The notes: generated from the letters alone by a model not told the origin. Shown: positions 40,625 through 49,064, counted from the stretch's first letter. The stretch is DNA of 64,000 nt from Patescibacteria group bacterium (GCA_041664365.1 JBAYKW010000004.1:11013-75012), one strand, 5' to 3'. A program made the numbers and translations.

Positions 40625-40627
40625 TAT

Positions 40628-41041
40628 TTATGAATTTAATTCATCTTTAATTTTATTCACAACATCCTCTAACTTCCAGTCAGATTTGACTAAAATATCA
40701 TACACGCCTCGATCAATTGCTTCTGCCGTCTTTTCTGCATCACTTAAATTTGTGAGTATTATTGCCTTAGCACCACTTCCCCATTCGTCTTTCCTTAACT
40801 TCTTGATCATAGTCATCCCATCCATTATCGGCATAACAATATCGACAAGCATCAGGTTCGGATGTTCCTTAAGCGCAATCTCTAAACCTTCTTTACCGTC
40901 CTGAGCCTGGAAAACCTGATAACCCTCGGCGATTAGCTTATTACCTAGGGCAAAACGCAGGGAAGTATCATCTTCTACAATCAGAATGCTTTCTTTTGGA
41001 TCGTCCTCAATTCTCATAGTTTTTTGCGTCATTTTATTCAA
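40628..41041 (-). CDS. Single-domain response regulator (REC only), paralog 3
   Basis: ILIVEDDT..LMLVDIVMPIMDG..DEWGSGAKAIILTNLS. Confidence 0.75.
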   Translation of the reverse strand: MNKMTQKTMRIEDDPKESILIVEDDTSLRFALGNKLIAEGYQVFQAQDGKEGLEIALKEHPNLMLVDIVMPIMDGMTMIKKLRKDEWGSGAKAIILTNLSDAEKTAEAIDRGVYDILVKSDWKLEDVVNKIKDELNS

Positions 41042-41156
41042 TTTAATAATTATATTACCATTATAGCTTTGATTACTATTTTCTCAAAAACAGGTAACTA
41101 TCTTTAAAGTAATACACCGTTTTCTTGCCGATTAACATGAATTTAATATTAAAGTA

Positions 41157-42671
41157 TTAACTTATTTCTTTGGTTCCCTTTTTTTTCTTCATTCCTTCAA
41201 ATGGTAGCGTGACATAAAACTTGGTTCCTTTTTTCTCCTCTGACTCAAACCAGGTTTTGCCGCCGGAATGATCAACAATTGATTTAACAATATATAAGCC
41301 GAGACCTGTGCCCTCCGTATCTTTCTCTTTCACATTATCTGCTCTGAATAATTTGGTGAATATCTTATCCTGCTGGTGTTTTGGAATTCCCATTCCATTA
41401 TCCAAAATAGAAATTAGTATTTCTTTTTTCTTCCTTTTTTGACTTATACTAATACCGACTGTTCCGTTCTTCTTTGTATATTTTACAGCATTCGATAAAA
41501 TATTCTGAATCACCATACGAATCAGTTTTTTATCCAACATCATTTCCGGAATTGTTTCATCATATTTCTGTGTGAATTTTATTTTTTTTGCTTCAATTTG
41601 CGGTTTCATTTCATTTGTCACACTTTTAGCAATATTAATAATCCTTGTTTTCTCCGGATCAACAGCAAAAGTACCTAATTCCAGTCTGGAGACATTTAGC
41701 AGCGCATTAACCAGTTCCACCATCCTCTGACTGCCTTTATATACTTCCATTTGATACTCTCTCTGCCCTTTATTGAGTTCACCCACATCACCATCCAATA
41801 GCATTTCGGAATACCAATTGATAGCAGAAAGCGGCGTACGCAGTTGGTGTGATGCTAAAGAAACAAATTCTGTTTTTGCCAGGTCAATTTCTTTTTCTTT
41901 GCTGATATCATGCTCAATACCAACATAAAAAATTATGTTTCGCTTGCTATCAAAAATCGGCGAAATACTCGCCAAAGCTGTATATTGCTTGCCGTCCTTT
42001 CTCCTATTTTTTATTTCACCATAAAATACTTTCTTTCTAATTTTAATGGTATTCCAAAGTTTTTTATAATACTCCACTGGCATTAATCCACCCCACAGAT
42101 CCTTTGCACCAGCTTTTTTTCCGATAATTTCTTTTGAATGAAAACCAGTAATATGCTCCGCGGCTTTGTTGACATAGACAATTGTTCCATCGGGATCAGT
42201 AATTACAATGTGGTCTGAAGCACCATCTACTGCAAGTTGGAATTTATGTAAATCTCTCTCCACCTGGCGCTGTTTCGTAACTTCTGAGACCATGATTAAA
42301 TCCGCAATAATTTTTCCTTCATTACTCCGGATTACTGCGGAAGATACTTGTCCAATATGCATATTGCCTTTTTTATCCAAAAAATAAAGGTCGTATGGTT
42401 TTATTCCTTTTCCATGCATTCTTTGAACAAATTTTTTCATCATCTCGATCTTACTGCCGCGGGTCAAAAAAGGTATTTTCCTGACATTACTTCCGATTAT
42501 TTCCTTCGGTTTGTAGCCTAGCCAGTCATAAAGCCTGTTGTTAACATCAATTATTATTCCGCTTTTATCAATAATGATTGTTGCCACAGGTGATAATTCA
42601 AAAATTGTCCGATACATATTATCAATTTGTTGCTTTATTTCTTGCTCTATTTTTTTGTTTTTGTTCTTCAT
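41157..42671 (-). CDS. Sensor histidine kinase with two PAS domains, HisKA and HATPase_c
   Basis: H-box SHQLRTPLSAINWYSEML; N and G boxes (NAVKYT.., DNGMGIP, GTGLGLYIVK). Confidence 0.8.
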   Translation of the reverse strand: MKNKNKKIEQEIKQQIDNMYRTIFELSPVATIIIDKSGIIIDVNNRLYDWLGYKPKEIIGSNVRKIPFLTRGSKIEMMKKFVQRMHGKGIKPYDLYFLDKKGNMHIGQVSSAVIRSNEGKIIADLIMVSEVTKQRQVERDLHKFQLAVDGASDHIVITDPDGTIVYVNKAAEHITGFHSKEIIGKKAGAKDLWGGLMPVEYYKKLWNTIKIRKKVFYGEIKNRRKDGKQYTALASISPIFDSKRNIIFYVGIEHDISKEKEIDLAKTEFVSLASHQLRTPLSAINWYSEMLLDGDVGELNKGQREYQMEVYKGSQRMVELVNALLNVSRLELGTFAVDPEKTRIINIAKSVTNEMKPQIEAKKIKFTQKYDETIPEMMLDKKLIRMVIQNILSNAVKYTKKNGTVGISISQKRKKKEILISILDNGMGIPKHQQDKIFTKLFRADNVKEKDTEGTGLGLYIVKSIVDHSGGKTWFESEEKKGTKFYVTLPFEGMKKKKGTKEIS

Positions 42672-42771
42672 ACTACTAAATTAAAAACCAGCGAGTCCGA
42701 CTCGTTGGATAATAATAAATCCTTAACTTTTCTTGTTTCATCAATGTATGTATTTTTGTTTTAGTATTCTT

Positions 42772-42800
42772 ATTGTACACTATTTTTCAATAAATGTCAA
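42772..42800 (-). promoter_or_regulatory. Sigma70-like promoter for the histidine kinase operon
   Basis: Minus strand TTGACA, 17 nt, TACAAT; the -35 lies within the palindrome ATGTCAA-N8-TTGACAT (42794-42815). Confidence 0.45.
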
Positions 42801-42921
42801 CCTAATAATTGACATAAAATTTAACATATGATAACTTACCATCAAATGAAATCTACCTATTCAACAATTAATTGGTGGAATTTGAATCGCCTCTAGAAAG
42901 CTGATATATTTCTGTTTATTA

Positions 42922-42948
42922 TCCGCTTTCACAGGCGGTTTTTTAATT
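42922..42948 (+). terminator. Orphan terminator-like hairpin in the trpB2 leader
   Basis: ccgc-tttcacag-gcgg followed by tttttt; no upstream plus-strand gene, so candidate attenuator or sRNA terminator. Confidence 0.35.
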
Positions 42949-43042
42949 ATATAAATATGCTTCATTATTTCAAAAATTTAGGAACATTATTCTGGCGTAA
43001 ATCAATTTGCCACGGAGATTAATTAATATTAATAAAATTACT

Positions 43043-44338
43043 ATGGAAAAAATATCATTGTTGGAAAAGGAAATACCAACCCACTACTATAATATCCTGG
43101 CGGATCTTCCTGAACCACCTTCCCCTCCTCTGAACCCGGAGACTAATGAACCGATCGGTCCGGAAATGCTGGAACCATTATTTCCCAAAGCGCTGATAGA
43201 ACAGGAGGTAAGCCGGGAAAAAAGAATCGAGATTCCTGATGAAGTAATGGAGATATACAAAAAATACCGCGCCACACCGCTTTATCGGGCAAGCAGGCTG
43301 GAAAAAATACTGGGAACACCCGCTAAAATCTATTATAAATACGAGGGTGCTTCCCTGACCGGTAGTCATAAGTTGAATACCGCGCTGCCGCAGGCTTATT
43401 ACAATAAGCAGGAGGGCATCAAAACACTCACAACAGAAACCGGAGCCGGTCAATGGGGAATGGCGCTCTCGCTGGCTGCAAAGTTCTTTGACCTGAAATG
43501 CCTAATCTTCTATGTCCGCCTGCATTACCAGCAAAAACCTTACCGAGTCAGTTTTATGAGAATGTTTGACGCGGAAGTATTACCCTCTCCCAGTAATCAA
43601 ACTATGGTCGGCAGAAAATTCCTGGCAGAAGACCCAAATCACCCCGGCAGTCTCGGCATTGCGATCAGTGAGGCTATGGAAAAGGTTACGGACGGATCAA
43701 TCAAATATTCTCTGGGTAGTGTATTGAATCATGTACTCCTCCATCAGACAATCATCGGACAGGAGGCAAAACTACAGCTGGAAAAAGACGATGCATACCC
43801 CGATGTGATCTACAGCTGTTTCGGCGGAGGAAGTAACTTGGCCGGAATCAGTTTTCCTTTTCTAGAAGATGTGCTAACCGGAAAGAAAAAAGTCAGGGTC
43901 GTTGCCGTAGAACCGGATACCTGCCCTTCACTGACCAAAGGAGAATACAAGTATGACTTCGGCGATACTGCAAAAACTACTCCTCTGTTTAAAATGTATT
44001 CCTTGGGGGCGGACTTCATACCGCCGAAAATACAGGCGGGCGGTCTGCGATACCACGGTGCCTCACCGCTGGTCAGTCATCTAGTCGACAAGGGGTATAT
44101 CGAAACGATATCCGCAAATCAAACTGATGTAATGGAAGCAGCTAAACTGTTCACCCAAACCGAAGGCATCCTTCCCGCCCCTGAATCCGCGCACGCGATT
44201 AAAGGAGCGATTGATGAAGCAATTCGATGTAAGAAAGAAGGGATTAAAGAAACAATTCTGATCAATATCAGCGGACACGGATTCCTAGATCTAGGAGGAT
44301 ATGAGGAATTCCTGGATGGCAAGCTGGAGGTTAGGTAA
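43043..44338 (+). CDS. trpB: TrpB2-type tryptophan synthase beta-like PLP enzyme
   Basis: PLP-lysine motif ASLTGSHKLNTAL; about 430 aa, TrpB2-type length; no trpA or other trp genes adjacent. Confidence 0.7.
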   Translation: MEKISLLEKEIPTHYYNILADLPEPPSPPLNPETNEPIGPEMLEPLFPKALIEQEVSREKRIEIPDEVMEIYKKYRATPLYRASRLEKILGTPAKIYYKYEGASLTGSHKLNTALPQAYYNKQEGIKTLTTETGAGQWGMALSLAAKFFDLKCLIFYVRLHYQQKPYRVSFMRMFDAEVLPSPSNQTMVGRKFLAEDPNHPGSLGIAISEAMEKVTDGSIKYSLGSVLNHVLLHQTIIGQEAKLQLEKDDAYPDVIYSCFGGGSNLAGISFPFLEDVLTGKKKVRVVAVEPDTCPSLTKGEYKYDFGDTAKTTPLFKMYSLGADFIPPKIQAGGLRYHGASPLVSHLVDKGYIETISANQTDVMEAAKLFTQTEGILPAPESAHAIKGAIDEAIRCKKEGIKETILINISGHGFLDLGGYEEFLDGKLEVR

Positions 44339-44345
44339 TTTCAGC

Positions 44346-44380
44346 AAAAAGAGAAGGCGGACTCGCCTTCTCTTTATTAT
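44346..44380. terminator. Bidirectional rho-independent terminator between trpB2 and the mgtA-like gene
   Basis: aaaaa-gagaaggcg-gact-cgccttctc-tttatt. Confidence 0.5.
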
Positions 44381-44403
44381 TGATAAAATTTGGTATAAAA
44401 CGA

Positions 44404-46914
44404 TTAAATCAACTTAGCTGCTATTTTTTTATATAAAAATCTTTTTGCTGTTTCAACTACCAAGAGATAGCCAAGCAAAATTGCAAAAATAGATGTAAAT
44501 ATTGGGAAACTGATCGGAACAAAATCAAAGAATTTGCCAATTGGAGAAAATGGAATAATCCAGGCAACAGTAAGTAACAAAAGCGTATTAATAATAAGAA
44601 TTTTCGATGGCTTGCTTTTGAAAAATGGGGTTTTCTTTGTCCGGATTAAATATATCACCAAAATTTGCGTTGCCAATGATTCCAGAAACCAGCCGGTCTG
44701 GAACTGATGCTCAGTTAAACTAAAGCCAAAATATAAAATACCAAAAGTAGCAAAATCAAAAATAGAACTGATCGGACCAAAAATTAATATATATTTTCTC
44801 AATAGTTTGATATTCCAGCGTGGTGGTTTTTTTACATCCTCAGCATCAACATTATCTGTTGGTAAAGAAATCTGCGACATATCATAGATAAAGTTGTTCA
44901 ATAGTATCTGTTTGGGTAGCATCGGCAGAAAAGGTAAAAAGGCGGATGCGCCCATCATAGAAAACATGTTACCAAAATTTGAAGAAAGACCCATGGTCAC
45001 ATATTTTAAGGTATTTTGAAATGTTTTTCTCCCTTCAATTACACCATCATGAAGCACTTCCAGTTTTTTATCCATCAGAATAATATCAGCCGTATCTTTA
45101 GCGACCTCAACCGCATTATTTACGGAAATACCGACATCCGCCGCCTTCAGTGCCGGAGCGTCATTAATACCGTCACCTAAATATCCGACTGCGTTACCAG
45201 ATTTTCTTAATGAAGAAATTATCCTCTCTTTCTGCTCCGGAGTTATGCGCCCAAAAATTGTCGTTTGCTTTACTACAGCCCGCAACTGACCGTCGGACAT
45301 CCCGGCGATCTGACTGCCAATCAGTGTGCCTTTGACCTGCAGATTTATATCACGGCAAATTTTCTGAGTAAGCAATTCACTATCCCCGGTCAGAATCTTT
45401 ATTTCAATTCCGGAATCCTCGAGTTGCCCAATGGCATGAATTACACCTTCCTTTGGTGGATCAAGAAAAGCCATAAAACCCATAAAAATCATATTTTGTT
45501 CGTCAGCAACATTATAGATTATGTCATCACGGTCCAATTCTTTGATCGCCAAGGCGAGTACACGAAATCCGTCATTACTAAGTGCTTCGTATTGGTCTGA
45601 CAGTGTTTTTACCGTATCACTTTTAAAAGCAAAGCTACCTTTTTCATCGTGACAACTTTTACATACTTGAAAAATGCTTTCCGGAGCCCCCTTTGTTATC
45701 AGTATTTTTTTCCCAGCATCATCCACAACAATCGAATCCCGGCGGCGCGTAAAATCAAATGGTACTTCATCAATTTTTTTAAATCTGGAAATATCCAGTT
45801 TTTTGTACTCAGCAATAGCATTATCCATCGGGTTCACAACACCGGTATGCAGACTGCTGTTGATATACGAATAAAGATAAACCGCATCGGACTCATTGCC
45901 GTGAAAATCCACATGTTTAACCAGTGTAATTTTATTCTGGGTCAGAGTTCCTGTTTTGTCTGTACATAGAATATTCATACTGCCAAAATCCTGTATTGCA
46001 GAAAGGTTTTTTACAATAACATGTTTCTTGGCCATTTTTATCGACCCGCGGGAAAGTGATACCGAAAGAATCACCGGCAATAATTCCGGCGTGAGCCCGA
46101 TGGCAATAGCAATAGCAAAAAGGAATGAGTTAAAAATTCCGCGTCCCATCAGTGTATTAATAATCAGCACCAAACCGACTAATACAAAATTCACCTTCAT
46201 TACAAAATAGCTGAATTGCCGGATCCCCTTTTCAAACTCCGTGTCGTCGGACCTATCGCTCAATTGTTTGATGATTTTTCCGTACTCGGTATTGTGACCT
46301 GTTCGCAATACTTCTACCGTACCATAACCGGTTACGGTATTGGTACCCATGAAAATTATATTTTTATTTTCTGGAGTAAAATTGATTTTGTCATAGTCAA
46401 AACTTTCGGTTACAAACTTTTCTACAGGAAATGACTCCCCTGTTAGTGCCGATTGATTGATGAAAAAATCTTTAGCTTCCAGGACGACTGAGTCAGCCGG
46501 AGTTACATCACCGGCAGTTAGACAGATTATGTCTCCGGGAACGATATTTTTAAAAGATACTTCAACTTTTTTTCCGTCACGAATAGCGGTAACTGTAGTC
46601 AATACTTTTTGTACTAGCTTTTCTACTGCTTTTTCCGATCGATAGGAATTGGCAAAATCAAGTATAGCAGATAGAAAAACCATAAAGATGATGATTATGG
46701 CATTGGTTCTCTGTCCAAGGAAAAAAGAAATTATCGAAACAACAATTAGAATTATTAATAACGGGCTGTTGAATTTTTTTAAAAAAACCACAAAGGGACC
46801 AATTTTCTTTTTCCCGTTGATGGCATTTTCTCCAAATTCCCCTAATCTTCTCTCCGCCTCAACTGAGGTTAACCCTAATAATTTATCAGTTTTTATAACT
46901 TTTTCCATAGTCAT
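44404..46914 (-). CDS. P-type ATPase, MgtA-like (Mg2+ importing, type IIIB)
   Basis: TPELLPVILSVSLSRGSIKMAKKHVIVKNLSAIQDFGSMNILCTDKTGTLTQNKI closely matches the MgtA pattern; LGDGINDAPALK. Confidence 0.7.
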   Translation of the reverse strand: MTMEKVIKTDKLLGLTSVEAERRLGEFGENAINGKKKIGPFVVFLKKFNSPLLIILIVVSIISFFLGQRTNAIIIIFMVFLSAILDFANSYRSEKAVEKLVQKVLTTVTAIRDGKKVEVSFKNIVPGDIICLTAGDVTPADSVVLEAKDFFINQSALTGESFPVEKFVTESFDYDKINFTPENKNIIFMGTNTVTGYGTVEVLRTGHNTEYGKIIKQLSDRSDDTEFEKGIRQFSYFVMKVNFVLVGLVLIINTLMGRGIFNSFLFAIAIAIGLTPELLPVILSVSLSRGSIKMAKKHVIVKNLSAIQDFGSMNILCTDKTGTLTQNKITLVKHVDFHGNESDAVYLYSYINSSLHTGVVNPMDNAIAEYKKLDISRFKKIDEVPFDFTRRRDSIVVDDAGKKILITKGAPESIFQVCKSCHDEKGSFAFKSDTVKTLSDQYEALSNDGFRVLALAIKELDRDDIIYNVADEQNMIFMGFMAFLDPPKEGVIHAIGQLEDSGIEIKILTGDSELLTQKICRDINLQVKGTLIGSQIAGMSDGQLRAVVKQTTIFGRITPEQKERIISSLRKSGNAVGYLGDGINDAPALKAADVGISVNNAVEVAKDTADIILMDKKLEVLHDGVIEGRKTFQNTLKYVTMGLSSNFGNMFSMMGASAFLPFLPMLPKQILLNNFIYDMSQISLPTDNVDAEDVKKPPRWNIKLLRKYILIFGPISSIFDFATFGILYFGFSLTEHQFQTGWFLESLATQILVIYLIRTKKTPFFKSKPSKILIINTLLLLTVAWIIPFSPIGKFFDFVPISFPIFTSIFAILLGYLLVVETAKRFLYKKIAAKLI

Positions 46915-46952
46915 ATTTTATCACACTAAAAACTATATTAACAATAATACTA

Positions 46953-46980
46953 AACAAAAAAACCGGGATTAATCCGGCCT
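46953..46980 (-). terminator. Rho-independent terminator ending the tRNA-Pro / structured-RNA transcript
   Basis: Minus strand ggccggattaatcccgg followed by ttttttt; a second weak cgc-ttc-gcg + U-run lies just upstream. Confidence 0.5.
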
Positions 46981-47269
46981 TACAGGGCCCCCAAAAAATC
47001 GCGAAGCGGTTTTTGGGAAAGCATCAAACATTGGAAAATATTACCGAGCAAATCAGGAGCACACCCGGGCAGTTGCGTAGCAACTGCATCGGGGAGCACG
47101 GATTTGCGAGGAAAGGGGCACAGACCCGAAACCAAAAACAACCAAGCTTGCTTGGTTGTGACAAGTGAAGGGTCTGATGACCCGTGGTCGGGGTGAGAGG
47201 ATTTGCCCGCCCAAGGCGGGTCCGCCTCTGGCGGAAACCTCAAGAGTGTTTTCTCTTCAAAAATCTTAC
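46981..47269 (-). ncRNA. GC-rich structured non-coding block downstream of tRNA-Pro; identity unresolved
   Basis: About 55% GC, multiple stable hairpins (e.g. cagttgc-gta-gcaactg), no credible ORF (the 155-aa track ORF is low-complexity Pro/Ser/Gly), bounded by a terminator. Confidence 0.3.
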
Positions 47270-47346
47270 TGGTCGGGGTGGGGAGATTTGAACTCCCGAT
47301 CTCATGCACCCCGTGCATGCGCCTTAAGCCACTAGGCCACACCCCG
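47270..47346 (-). tRNA. tRNA-Pro (anticodon GGG) with an unusual C33
   Basis: Manual cloverleaf: acceptor cggggtg/caccccg, D arm gcct-agtggctta-aggc, anticodon stem catgc/gcatg with loop aCGGGGt, T arm gggag-ttcaaat-ctccc, encoded CCA. Confidence 0.6.
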
Positions 47347-47573
47347 TTAGAAATTATTAATATTAACAAAACAGAAGCCCTACCCTTAGGACTAGATAAT
47401 CGCACTGGCTCCGGATAGGAACGTGGGTACCCGCAACTATATTCCACGGAACATAGCGATCTAGGGTTCCCGATGCGATAATCCTGTAGAACCGGATTAA
47501 ACTAGAACCTAATAGTAGAGCAATTTAAGTATACTTTTTGAAATGTGCTTTGGCAAGTCAAAAATATGTTGTA

Positions 47574-47609
47574 ATAAAAAAAGGCCCGTTGCGTTTGCAA
47601 ACGAGGCCT
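47574..47609 (-). terminator. Rho-independent terminator ending the small-ORF island transcript
   Basis: Minus strand aggcctcgtttgcaaacgcaacgggcct followed by ttttttt; 5 nt after the stop of the 65-aa ORF. Confidence 0.5.
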
Positions 47610-47613
47610 TAAG

Positions 47614-47811
47614 TTAGGTCAAATTGGTGCTGTGGTTTTCCCATTCAATTTTGAGGAAGACCATCCCGCATCCCGTATCAGCCAGTTCATACCGGCAATG
47701 ATTCGGTTCCGGATTCACACCCAAAGAACGATCTGTGTCACCAACCACCCTGGTGCTGATTTCCTGTCCGGAGCTTCCGTCCGGAATAGGTTCAGTGCTG
47801 TTGCTTGTCAC
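47614..47811 (-). CDS. Small hypothetical protein (65 aa, GTG start) in the GC-rich island
   Basis: Strong SD AAGGAGG 7 nt before GTG; product VTSNSTEPIPDGSSGQEISTRVVGDTDRSLGVNPEPNHCRYELADTGCGMVFLKIEWENHSTNLT. Confidence 0.45.
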   Translation of the reverse strand: MTSNSTEPIPDGSSGQEISTRVVGDTDRSLGVNPEPNHCRYELADTGCGMVFLKIEWENHSTNLT

Positions 47812-47833
47812 AAAACACCTCCTTGGAAAGAAA

Positions 47834-48019
47834 TCAGTCTTCTTTCTCCTGCTCGTCCTCCGTAGGAGTGTTCGGCAAGCCGGGAATCCCGACAAAATAA
47901 GGCCGATACTTTCTCCTTGGAGTGCTGGTTACAGAGCCATGAAAAGTGGGTTTGATTTCTGCTTGCTTATCGCGGAAATCCGACTCATTCCCATTAGAGG
48001 CATCTTTGTTCTTCGGCAT
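47834..48019 (-). CDS. Small hypothetical Pro/charged-rich protein (61 aa) in the GC-rich island
   Basis: SD GGAGG 8 nt before ATG; MPKNKDASNGNESDFRDKQAEIKPTFHGSVTSTPRRKYRPYFVGIPGLPNTPTEDEQEKED. Confidence 0.5.
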   Translation of the reverse strand: MPKNKDASNGNESDFRDKQAEIKPTFHGSVTSTPRRKYRPYFVGIPGLPNTPTEDEQEKED

Positions 48020-48290
48020 TTCTTACTCCTCCACTTGGTTTAGGGTTGACCGCTAGTGACCCGGGTATAATGTACAATAATCAAAAAAACCATCTTGCCG
48101 ATGGTCTGGATAAATATATTTTAGAAATACACTAATCAGCCATCAGCTCAATGGGTAAAATAACCAAAAAAGAAACTCCAATTGCTGGAAGCAACGGTTT
48201 TTCGGTTATCTGAGCTGAGGTTAATTGAATATTTCATGGGATTATTGGTATGAATAATAACATATCGATTTTTTGTGTCAAATATGGCTG

Positions 48291-48378
48291 AGTAATCCGT
48301 AACTGGTAGACTCGTAATTCGTAAACTGAACTCAGAACTTATTATTTATTACAAATTACTATTTACCAATTACCAAAT
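48291..48378. repeat. Heptad-repeat palindromic intergenic element (copy C)
   Basis: Minus strand GGTAATTGGTAAATAGTAATTTGTAATAA....TTTACGAATTACGAGTCTACCAGTTACGGATTAC. Confidence 0.55.
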
Positions 48379-48433
48379 AAAAAAAGCCCTTGATTACAAG
48401 AATCTCAGGCTGAAAGAGCGATTTGGAAACGGA

Positions 48434-48847
48434 CTACATGTCCATGTGTCCGCCGGGATGATAATCGGGAGTCGCATACTGGACATCACCGATTTCCACA
48501 AAATAGACAATGGGTTTGTCGGGGCAACAGCAGGTGTAGGGGGTCAGCTCGCAGTCAACACACCGAGACTCGCCGTCATTAATGGTCACACCATTGAGGC
48601 AAACCAGCCCAGTGCGCAGTTCTCTCGCCGGACCCCAATTGGGCTCCACCGTGTATCCCCCGCCGGTCATGTCGAACTCGCCAGCGAACTCGATCACATA
48701 AACCTCTGGCATATCCGGGCAACAGCAGTTATTGGGATGCAGACCGCATCCCGCGCACTGGTACTGACCGGTCTCGGTCAGTATAACGCCGTCCGGACAC
48801 CGGATGTCCTGTACCTGGTCAAAGACAGTGGCAGCTTGCGAATCCAT
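48434..48847 (-). CDS. Cys-rich small protein (137 aa) with two tandem copies of a novel C-x2-C-x6-CCC-PD module
   Basis: SD GGAAAGGA before ATG (MDSQ..); modules ..YQCAGCGLHPNNCCCPDMPEVYVIEF.. and ..SRCVDCELTPYTCCCPDKPIVYFVEI..; 11 Cys. Confidence 0.6.
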   Translation of the reverse strand: MDSQAATVFDQVQDIRCPDGVILTETGQYQCAGCGLHPNNCCCPDMPEVYVIEFAGEFDMTGGGYTVEPNWGPARELRTGLVCLNGVTINDGESRCVDCELTPYTCCCPDKPIVYFVEIGDVQYATPDYHPGGHMDM

Positions 48848-48896
48848 GCTGTTCCTTTCCGGTTTGAAACGGTTCTTGTGGTTACATAACGGCAAC

Positions 48897-49064
48897 CTAG
48901 GCAAACAGATCGTTCAGAGTGTCAATACCCGGACAGTGGCAGACGCATAAATCGATCCGCGTCCGGCAGTCCACACAGCGGTACACGCCGTCATCCTCAA
49001 GACGGGCACGACCCTGGCTTCCGTCCTTCTTCTGGAAATCAATTTCCGGCAACTTCTGAGTCAT
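48897..49064 (-). CDS. Cys-rich small protein (55 aa) with a C-x2-C-x6-C-x-C-x-C module
   Basis: SD GGAGG 7 nt before ATG; ATGA stop-start overlap with the upstream ORF; MTQKLPEIDFQKKDGSQGRARLEDDGVYRCVDCRTRIDLCVCHCPGIDTLNDLFA. Confidence 0.55.
   Translation of the reverse strand: MTQKLPEIDFQKKDGSQGRARLEDDGVYRCVDCRTRIDLCVCHCPGIDTLNDLFA

Noticed and set aside
42830-42950. T-box riboswitch upstream of trpB2
   Set aside because: aattggtggaatttgaatcgcc only loosely resembles the T-box motif AAUUAGGGUGGUACCGCG. It does not overlap the terminator 5' strand as an antiterminator must. No clear specifier loop with UGG
47270-47346. Reading the cloverleaf as the tRNA-like domain of a two-piece or permuted tmRNA
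   Set aside because: Acceptor, D, anticodon, variable and T arms are contiguous in 77 nt with the 3' CCA immediately after the acceptor. That is incompatible with either a standard or a permuted tmRNA architecture
46980-47447. 155-aa minus-strand ORF (MEYSCGYPRSYPEPVRL...)
   Set aside because: It spans the tRNA-Pro gene and the GC-rich structured region. It is low-complexity (Pro/Ser/Gly/Leu-rich) with no SD and no motif, as expected for a spurious ORF in GC-rich RNA-coding DNA
46981-47560. tmRNA or RNase P RNA assignment for the GC-rich block
   Set aside because: Only short resemblances exist (GGATTTGCGA; GAGGAAAG...ACAGAcCCG). The tRNA-like part is a complete contiguous cloverleaf with an anticodon arm, so it is a tRNA rather than a tmRNA domain. 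No T-arm/CCA end is found for a plus-strand tmRNA. P4 halves are adjacent instead of about 300 nt apart. Left unassigned
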